A program made the translations under genes and the position numbers. 64,000 bases of DNA. Source: Savitreella phatthalungensis. Its lineage: Eukaryota. Below the pieces are notes generated by a model. That model worked only from the letters and a program-made list of their open reading frames with translations. It was not told the origin of the DNA and did no database searches. Positions 56,022 through 64,000 of this stretch are shown here, piece by piece (position 1 is the first letter of the stretch; each line of letters begins with the position of its first letter). The stretch spans positions 124,001-188,000 of the forward strand of contig AP039708.1 in assembly GCA_051599415.1 (NCBI GenBank), in the 5' to 3' direction.

Positions 56022-56594
56022 CAATAGGCTACCACGTCCTCCAACGCCTCTACACAATGCAGGAGAGCCTCTTAGGTCTGAGGGCCCTTGGCTGCTCTAC
56101 CAGACTAAGCTCTACGACGTTGCAAATCTGCCAGAGTCGAATATGCCGGCGAAGCACCGCAGCGCCAAGGGTATGGCATTCAAGAGAGACCCTCGTACGC
56201 TTGCGCGGACCGGAGCACTATGTCTGTCGCCACCAGTAAGAGACTTCTTGGCCTGACTTCTCGCTTCTTGATGGGTGCGAGTCTTGTTAGGACCGGGCGC
56301 TCCATCTTCGTTGTCATTGACAATCAGTTCGCCGCCATCGTCGGCGATGGTGATGACGTCCGCGGCAACTTGGTTCTTACTGGTGGCGACAGACATAGTG
56401 CTCCGGTCCACGCAACCCGTGTGAGGGTCTCTCTTGAATGTCTTACCCTTGATGCCGCGGTGCTTCGCCGGCGTATTCGACTCTGGCAGATTTGCGACGT
56501 CGTATAACCTGGCCTGGACGGGAAGCCAAGGTCCTTCAGACCTCAGAGGCTCTCCTGCATCGTGTAGAGGCGTTGGAGGTCGTGGTAGCCTAGT
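56022..56594. repeat. Long inverted repeat (hairpin B): arms ~56022-56240 and ~56375-56594
   Basis: GGACCGGAGCACTATGTCTGTCGCCACCAGTAAGA pairs with TCTTACTGGTGGCGACAGACATAGTGCTCCGGTCC. Both strands encode the RLPRPPTPLHxAGEPLRSEGPWL peptide. Confidence 0.9.
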
Positions 56595-57443
56595 GCCCGC
56601 TACGATCGCAGGGGAAAAGGCAAGGTGACCTACTATCGTGTTCCTCCCGAGGACGACCATGACGGCGGCTTTGCAGCCGGTCTTAGTAAGCGTCTGACCC
56701 GCCAAACCACGAGAGCCCAGACAAAGAAGCCTCGTATCTCTAACCCCGGCGAAGATCTTCTGACAGCTTCATCAGTCAATCGCGGTAACTAGAACAAGAC
56801 TCATATTCGTCAGGCTCGCTCGACCAAGGCCGCTCGACCAAGGCCAATGACAGCGAGGATGACGAAGGTCCGCAAGGACATTCACAGCGCCAGAACCTTC
56901 GCGAAAGAAAAGGGCAAGGCTGAACAGATTTACGACTATCCTTCCTCTGAGGAAGATTAGACATCATCTGAATCATCGACTTGAGAGCGACTTGAAACCT
57001 GTCCAAACCTATCCAACTTAACGAAGTCTATTACGAACGGATCCACACATGACTATCATCCGGCTCATCCAGTTCATCAGTCCATCGGCCTTCAGCCACA
57101 GTTCTTTTCCACCAAGTGGTCCTCAGTCTAGAGAAGGTCGTGTAGGCTTCCATATTGACTATCACTCGTTTTCACTCGGATTACGTACCAAGACTTAAAC
57201 GGAATCCGTCTGGGGGAGAGGTTACACACGCGCCACTGTCTCTAGCATCGGACATAACGTGTGATATCCCATGATCCATCCGGTTGACGCTCTATCCTCG
57301 GAAGAACATATCAATCGCAGCGTTGTGGTGTGTCTGTGAAGCACTGATCACTCTTGTGGACAGCTCATACGATGACGTTCACCGTATGTCACACACAACT
57401 TGTACGTGTACGTCCATATAATTTACAGATTTACATATACCTA

Positions 57444-57534
57444 CAAGAGACCCTTCCACACACCGTCACTGTCCAAGAGACAAACCTTCGAGACCCTTCC
57501 ACACGACCGTCACTGCCCAAGAGACGGACCTTCT
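57444..57534. repeat. ~45-nt direct tandem duplication
   Basis: GAGACCCTTCCACAC(G)ACCGTCACTG(T/C)CCAAGAGAC occurs twice. Confidence 0.8.
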
Positions 57535-57590
57535 GACTTTCACACACTATCAAGAACACACACCGCGCACCCTACGAGACTCTCGTGAAA

Positions 57591-58228
57591 ATGACGCGAA
57601 AGGAATCTGTCAGCCACGAGAGCCAAATTCTGCCAGATGATGGCATTTGGCTACACCCCGCCATTCGAGTCGATCCGATCAAAGGCGAACATATCTTCGC
57701 ACTCACGCGTATCATACGCAGTGTTGAGGCGCATGCTGTACGCCTCGACTGGCTGCTGAAGATCGACGGACTTGATCCTCAGCCTCCGGAGCTGCTAGCG
57801 ATGCGGCACCAATGTACCGCTTTCGCCCTCAGTGGTGCTCGGCCAATCGACATTGCTGCTCCGGACGACCGGTTCAAGATCAAGGCCGGGGCTTCAAGGA
57901 TCACCGGAAACCATGGGATGCGCCCTTGAGACGCGCTGCTAGGCTTCAGGGCACTGAAGCGACCTTGATTGCGCGTGTCGACGTTTCTGGCAACCTGGAC
58001 CTTTCCATTGAAGGGCACACCGACGGAGTTCTTCAGAGCACAACACACGAGCTGTACTGCAATGCAAATTATGAGAACGCCATCAATGTCTTCGAGCTGG
58101 ACAATGTTGCGTGTGGTCAAACTCGCCCGAGGCTGCATCTTCTGGATCGATATGCAGGTGCAGGAGACCACGCATGCAACATTGCACTATCTGCACTGAG
58201 TTACCCTCGAATTATCATTGCGATGTAG
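57591..58228 (+). pseudogene. Frameshifted gene of unknown family (paralogue of the 58342-58830 minus-strand copy)
   Basis: ORFs 57585-57929 and 57812-58228 overlap in different frames. RAARLQGTEATLIARVDVSGNLDLSIEGH matches the minus-strand RAARLQGVKAILSARMDDYSHLGMSIDGH. Confidence 0.55.
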
Positions 58229-58341
58229 CCGCACCAGCCGCCACTCATTCTCGACGCGGTTGCTGGGTATCAGGGTGTTCTGATCGTCCTTTCATGTTCC
58301 GGTGCTTGGAACGCCCAGCTAACGCTCACATGGAAAGACGA

Positions 58342-58830
58342 TCAGAACACCCTGATATCTAGCAACCGCGTCGAGAAGGATGCTTGGAACCTCGCCATAG
58401 CCTCGAGTCGATCGAGACAATCATTCTCGTCTCCCTCGGCCACATTTTCAAGCAAAAGTTGCAGGAAGACAACCCACACGAGTGGATGCCCAACATACCA
58501 TAGGGCGCGACCTTCTGAGGGCTTCTCTTCTGCCAGGCTGAAAAGATCAATGGCAATCTCCCAGTGGCCATTACACCTTAGCCCGTGAGAGTCACTCTGC
58601 AGGATGGTAACAATGTGCCCGTCGATTGACATGCCTAGATGACTGTAATCGTCCATACGGGCGCTCAAAATCGCTTTGACTCCCTGGAGTCTTGCAGCGC
58701 GAGTCAAGGGCGTATTCTACTGTCTCGCTTTGCTAGGAGCAGGATTCTCTGTTGACTTGAAGCGGTTGGTTGCAGGAGCAAAGTCGACAGAGAATTCTGT
58801 TCCTGCCACGGAAAGACAATGGGATGCGCC
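58342..58830 (-). pseudogene. 5'-truncated paralogue of the same unknown family
   Basis: Peptide similarity to 57812-58228 (LQSxxHxLxCNxxxExAIxxFxL). An upstream stop interrupts the frame. Confidence 0.55.
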
Positions 58831-59152
58831 CTGCTGTGACCAACGGAACTGTACATGAAGGCTGGCATTCCACGGTCAGCGATCAGCATTTGATCATCCG
58901 ACCTTCCTCGAGGCCGATATTGACCATCTTGTCGATGGTGCGATAGGCGGAGGCAATCGATTCGGCCAGCGGTGCAGTATCGTTCGCGATACAACGGCAG
59001 GTGTGGCCGACCTTCTTGCTAACAACTTGGTGATACAAGCGCTCACGAGCAGCTTCCTCGCCGTCTTCGACACTTTGCCAGAATTCTGGGGCCATCATCT
59101 TCATCGCAGCTTCGCACGCAGCACTTCCACGACGGATATCGTGAATGCTGAG

Positions 59153-59445
59153 ATGGTTCGCGATGCCGGCAGCTAAAAGGATATGGCCAAGTGCATCGTT
59201 CAGGAACCTCGTGTGGTGCGGTTCTCCAGCAGAATTCACGAACACGGACTTGTCCATAATCTCGGTTCGCGTCCTCAGAACTTTGACTACAGCGAACAAC
59301 CGTCACTGTTGACCAAGTCTTGAGGATGCGAACCGAGGTCATGGACAAGTCCGTGTTCGTGAATTCTGCTGGGGAACCACACCACACGAGGTTCCTGTAC
59401 AATGCACTTGGCCATTTCCTTTTAGCTGCTGGCATCGCGAACCAT
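59153..59445. repeat. Near-palindromic inverted repeat (hairpin C): ~143-nt arms, loop under 10 nt
   Basis: Hand alignment gives about 15 mismatches over ~143 nt, including a perfect 32-bp block CCAGCAGAATTCACGAACACGGACTTGTCCAT. Confidence 0.93.
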
Positions 59446-59463
59446 TAACGACGACGACGGCGA

Positions 59464-60011
59464 CCGAGACGATGCTGGGGACGCAGCCATCGAATTTGTA
59501 AATGACCAGGACTGCTGAATCGTGCGGCTTGGTAATGCTTGCCAACGAATGACCGAACACAGACGCATGATGTGGATGCTCTGGGAGGAGAATCTGACGG
59601 ACGAAAGCTTAGTCTTCACGGTCGCCAATCCACCCGACAGTCGGGACCTTTTGAACTTCAGGTGCTCAACGATCAGCACCCAACCGCATGCAATCCGAAA
59701 GACCCAAAGGTTACCGGAAAGCTCACCGACAAGGAAGCTCACCGACGGTGAAGCTCGCCGCCCTTGCTTTAGGTGCTTTAGGATTGCATGCTGATGATGA
59801 TGGTTGAGCGCATAAAGTTCAAAAGGTCCCGACTGTCGGGTGGATCGGCGACCGTGAAGACTAAGCTTTCGTCCGCTAGATACTCCCCCCAGAGCATCCA
59901 CATCATTCGTCTGTGCTCGGTTAATCTTTGGCAAGCATCATCAAGCCGCACGATCCAGTCGTCCTGGTCGTGTAGAAATTTGGGTGGCTGCGTCCCCAGC
60001 TTCGTCTCCGG
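59464..60011. repeat. Long inverted repeat (hairpin D): arms ~59464-59710 and ~59765-60011
   Basis: CGGACGAAAGCTTAGTCTTCACGGTCGCC and CCACCCGACAGTCGGGACCTTTTGAACTT recur as exact reverse complements. The loop contains AAGCTCACCGAC repeats. Confidence 0.92.
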
Positions 60012-60373
60012 GACGCATTTTGTGCCCACTTTGGTGTTGTCGCGGCTGCCTGGATCTGCCCTCGCCGGGATTAGTGACCTTCGAAATGCACTTGAGGATC
60101 TTTCAGAGCGTCTCAAAGAATCCTTAGCAGATGAGTGGAATCCAGAGAAGCCTGTCGTGAATGGACGGTGGAGGTGTAGATGACGGACGGCTTCTATAAG
60201 ACAGTAATTGACTCACATCTTCGTCGTGAGCCTTCTCAGACCGGCGTAATTCGTTACATTCTTAGTTGAGTCCAATTAATCGCATAGGCAAGTTCTGCGC
60301 CTTCTCAATGGTGCAGATGGTGCACATGATTTGATCAGCTGATCAACGTAATGATGGCAATGGATCTGCTACT

Positions 60374-60434
60374 TTCAAAGATGGCAATCATCCCGATTCT
60401 GTTCAAAGTTGGCAATCATCCCGATTTTGTTCAA
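60374..60434. repeat. 28-nt direct repeat x2
   Basis: TTCAAAG(A/T)TGGCAATCATCCCGATT(C/T)TG occurs twice in tandem. Confidence 0.85.
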
Positions 60435-61186
60435 TCTCGTGTGGCGACCAAAGTTTCGGGGCAACAGGTTGACCAACGTGCGCATTGACCGGGACACCCC
60501 TGAAGATCTATGTCTATGAGGATACACCACAAACACACACATGGTTGCTCGTGGATATATGGATGATCAAACGATTCCATTCTGAATCAGGACCGTGCAT
60601 TGATCGGACTTATCCGGTAGTTCCAAATCTAAGCGGGCTGATTGAACGGGAATAGTTTCGTGGAAATCAACCACGGCACGAATCTACATATATTTAGTGT
60701 GCTCGATAGAGCAGGCGAGATCGAGCAAGAAGAAGTAGTCGTAGGCGCAGTGGTCGGAAGGCAGATCGATTTGCACGTCGCATCAGACTACGTGGCGAGT
60801 CCGTCACTGCAAATTCGGATGTGTGTTCGTCAGCTCATCGTTGCATGGGGACAAAACAATGCGGTCGTGCATTGCAAAAGCCTTGTATGAGTTTTTGCCA
60901 AAAATAGAAATGACGACATCCTGCCGGGGGGCTACTCGTAGCTGATTGATTACAAAGGTTCTATTCTAGCAAAAGCATCGACTGGACTTTAGCCGGCAAG
61001 AACTCGATCCATCTTTTTGCCATTCACAAAAGTGAGATAGGTACGAATGTTTGCAAAGAGAAGCTTGTAGCAGGCAGCAGGCCTGCAAGCACCAGAGAAG
61101 CACGGGAGATCACAACACTTCAAGGTTGGGAAGTCGCCTGCAATCTCCTTCAGCTTGAAGTTGCCTGTAGCCTGAAGTCGGCTTTA

Positions 61187-61258
61187 GCCTGCGGTCGCCT
61201 GTGATTGCCTGTGGGTGCCTGTGGGCGCCTATGGTTGCCTGCTGTTGCCTGTGGTCGC
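61187..61258. repeat. Degenerate 10-nt minisatellite (GCCTGTGGTT-like)
   Basis: GCCTG(T/C)G recurs at 10-nt spacing about seven times. Confidence 0.7.
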
Positions 61259-62469
61259 AGTAGTTGTGAGCCTGACTGTCGCAGTCTCATGGGACCATGC
61301 CACTCTGCGGCCGACTGCAAGTGGTCTTTGAAGTTCGACAGTTGTCTGATCGATTGTTGTCCACCTTCATCCTCGAGATCAATCAGGAGCAGACAGTAGC
61401 AGATAATAGTAGGCAGTAGTCGACAGACAGACAGACCGAGAGTATTCTGCGGTCGCAGTCAGCAGTATTTCACGTGTAGCAGTCATCGGATATGTGTTGT
61501 CACGTGAAGCAGTAATCAAATATGTGTTGCTGGTGCCGACGTCGCTGGTACACAATTGACGACTGGCTACCACCTGAATTTATCACGGACCGTTTGGCAG
61601 CAAGCCGCCATGAGCAGCGGCAGCAAAATCAGTAACGAGACAGCAATGAGCAGTCGCAGCAGCTGCTGTTGCAGCCGCACCAGCGCAGCGATCCCTCGAA
61701 TAATTGGAATTGCTCTAGATTTTTGTTCCGACTCGCCCTCGTGTTCCACATTGCGGGAGGCCGAATGAACTATCATGAGTATAAAGATCGACGAGAGCAC
61801 GGCTAAAGGACACCATGCGCTTGTGATGGGCCTTGGGAGGATCGAGATGGTCCTTCCAATTCGTACGTACATGGGATGCCGACGCGCGAGACACCACGAG
61901 ATTCGCTCCATCGTCAACTAGGCATGCGTCTTCGCATCCCACACAATGACCATCGAGCAATCTGCGACATTTCACGAAGTCACTCCTTACATAGGAAGAC
62001 GTTTCTGCCGCTCTGTGTTCATGGAGACCGAGAGTGCGGTCTTTTCAACTCGCTGTTCTTCTGACGCGGTTCCTCCTACAGATCCTCTTTTCGTGCAGCA
62101 CGTGTTCCCACACCTGAAAATAGTAGCTCAATAGCCACCCTGACAGTGCTGAAATAATTGCAGGAAATCAAGAATATGAATTCTGTGGTACACCTGACTC
62201 GAATATCCAGCATATTGTTCCGCTACTTATGGTCGGGACGACAAGATAACCAATATCTCCTCAGCTAAACTCAATATACATCCACGTCTCTTCGCTCTGG
62301 CATTCTTTTCACTGAGAGATCTGAAGTCGATCGCATTTCCACATCGATAAATTACCCGTCCTGATCAAACTCGACAATCGTATTCCTGAGCAGAGAAGGA
62401 CTATTGAATAACGTCAACACCAAGGAGAATACGCGGATGCGCTCGATGGGAGAATGTCTTCCGATCTAG

Positions 62470-63054
62470 TCAGGTCAGGTCAACCTGCTTCTCGCTGGTG
62501 AATCTGCGCTGGCGTTCCTCGCACTCCTTCACGAATACCCTCTGCGCCAGGAGAGCAAGGGCTCCTGCAACTGTCATCGCAAAAATCGCGGTGTAGATGC
62601 GCGCCAAGGTGTCCTCACCGAATGCTGCCAGTGGCGCGTAGCAGGTCCGCTGTGAGATCGATCTACCCATATCATTACAGAACGCCGAAGGGACGAACGG
62701 CTGCCAACAACACGATAACAGGTCCTGTACCAATGGTGAACCCTCCTCTCGGAAATACAGTGATAGCGGACGCAGCGACAGGAACCAGGCGTAGCTCCCA
62801 AGTCCTATCTCGCAAGCGACCGAAAGGACTGTGATGATCGACACCACTCGTGTCAGTCGGACCGATCGCGTGAAGTATGCCGGAATCGATAAAAGCGCAG
62901 CCACGAGAATGATAGCACCGACCACGAAGGAAAACCGCAAGTCTAGGGGCGCAATCCCGATCTTCAACCCAGCGTCCTTCGTTCCCAGGAGCAGTATTTC
63001 CCCTGCGATGTACGCTATCCCCGTCAAGGCAAACGGCGCGTGGACAAGAATCAT
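62470..63054 (-). CDS. Fungal tetraspanin, Pls1-like
   Basis: Four TM helices; LLSIPA after TM2; WFLSL after TM3; loop QDLLSCC...PFV...C...TCYAP; C-terminal KECEERQRRF. This is the Pls1 pattern. Confidence 0.72.
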   Translation of the reverse strand: MILVHAPFALTGIAYIAGEILLLGTKDAGLKIGIAPLDLRFSFVVGAIILVAALLSIPAYFTRSVRLTRVVSIITVLSVACEIGLGSYAWFLSLRPLSLYFREEGSPLVQDLLSCCWQPFVPSAFCNDMGRSISQRTCYAPLAAFGEDTLARIYTAIFAMTVAGALALLAQRVFVKECEERQRRFTSEKQVDLT

Positions 63055-63218
63055 GGATGGAGGTTCCCGATCGACATCTGTGGCGGGGTCGGTTTCGATT
63101 TATATCTTTTTGGAGGAGATGACAGACCGTGCATCAGAGTGCCAAGTCTGATACGCGGACGGTTTAAAAACGACGGCCCCACACACTACTTGGAACACAC
63201 ATCACTCTCTTCTGGATA

Positions 63219-64000
63219 ATGTCGAGAACGGTGGCCGAGCATGGGGATCTGCGCAGCTATGGTCGGATCGTCTTGTTCGGCGACAGTATCACTGAGCAGG
63301 CCTGGAATATCGAGTGGGGAGGACACGCAATCCTGCTGTCCGATCAATTCAGTCGACGTCTAGACGTGATCAACCGTGGATTTTCTGGGTACACAACCCG
63401 ACAGGCGCTTGCCCTGCACCCGCGAATCTTTGGAGATGCTTATGACGACGATGTGAAGCTGATCGTCGTCTTCTTCGGCGCGAATGATGCAGCCCTGCCT
63501 GGAGCCTACCAGCATGTCCCCCTCGAAGAATATCTCGATAACCTAGGTAAGCTCCTGGCTTCACCACAGCTCAGGGGAAAGACGATCTGCGTCACACCAC
63601 CGCCGCTCGATGAGCACGGCTGGCCTGAAGATCGGACCGCTGCCCACACTGCAAAGTATGCGCGCGCAGCCAGGGCTCTGTGTGAGGATATGGGCGTCCC
63701 TTGCGCCGATGTGTGGGGGGAAATGATGCGCGAGGCGGATTATGATGGGTCAGGCGACTTCCCAGGAGATGTCCACCTCCCCAGGAACGCAGCCCTCCAA
63801 AATTTGCTCAGGGACGGCCTTCACCCGTCACCGGACGGCTACCGTCTCATCTACAACCTGATCGCGACCGTTATCAGGGATAGTTTCCCGGACGTCAATG
63901 ACGCCCCGAGGCCGACACCGCTCTGGAGGGACGCCATCGTCAACAACGGCGCGACTCTCGCCCAAATCGATACAAGAAAGTGGACGGACGAGGAAAACGA
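63219..64000 (+). CDS. IAH1: SGNH/GDSL esterase, isoamyl acetate-hydrolysing esterase-like (3' truncated by window edge)
   Basis: ATG at 63219; IVLFGDSIT, RRLDVINRGFSGYTT, FFGANDA and DGLHP. No stop before 64000, so it is absent from the ORF track. Confidence 0.9.
   Translation, partial: MSRTVAEHGDLRSYGRIVLFGDSITEQAWNIEWGGHAILLSDQFSRRLDVINRGFSGYTTRQALALHPRIFGDAYDDDVKLIVVFFGANDAALPGAYQHVPLEEYLDNLGKLLASPQLRGKTICVTPPPLDEHGWPEDRTAAHTAKYARAARALCEDMGVPCADVWGEMMREADYDGSGDFPGDVHLPRNAALQNLLRDGLHPSPDGYRLIYNLIATVIRDSFPDVNDAPRPTPLWRDAIVNNGATLAQIDTRKWTDEEN

Larger units (their letters stand above)
58883..60116 (-). pseudogene. Disrupted YR paralogue (copy 3); middle replaced by inverted duplications
   Basis: The N-terminal piece DDWIVRL...MWMLWGEYLADE...PPDSRDLLNFM aligns with LDWIEAL...VWSWWEEWLEDQ...PPTGRQLLEFM. 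The catalytic piece reads HTRFLNDALGHILLAAGIANHLSIHDIRRGSAA...EAARERLYH. Confidence 0.8.

Noticed and set aside
53705..60116. RIP as the cause of YR decay
   Set aside because: The remnants are not AT-enriched and the arm mismatches include transversions and both transition directions, unlike a RIP signature.
61379..61975. Membrane-protein-like ORF on the minus strand
   Set aside because: Hydrophobic stretches overlap simple repeats and adjacent frames are broken; no family could be assigned.

Overview
Eukaryotic, gene-dense, intron-poor ascomycete DNA. The gene repertoire and compact layout suggest a Taphrinomycotina-like yeast (inference only). Bases ~2.4-47.1 kb carry ordinary host genes: SREBP, flavin reductase, MEF2-type MADS box, NUDT19-like Nudix, G-alpha, RPL22, HAD phosphatase, mS38/COX24, Ady2-type transporter, VMA10 (one intron), peroxiredoxin, Yox1-like homeobox, GDPD, PhoD, EMC10, GCV1, a 1871-aa low-complexity protein, a Zn2Cys6 factor and an MFS sugar porter. 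Bases ~47.3-62.3 kb are an accessory island. It holds one intact DUF3435/Crypton-like tyrosine-recombinase (YR) ORF whose catalytic residues appear substituted, and two ruined paralogues that keep catalytic motifs. The paralogues have been rearranged into four long fold-back inverted repeats, and a fifth, older inverted pair comes from another gene family. This could be a hairpin-RNA anti-transposon locus beside a disarmed or domesticated recombinase. Host genes resume with a Pls1-like tetraspanin and IAH1, which runs off the end. Other oddities are a protein with a histone H3/CENH3-like N-terminal tail but no histone fold, and oscillating strand skew inside coding sequences.
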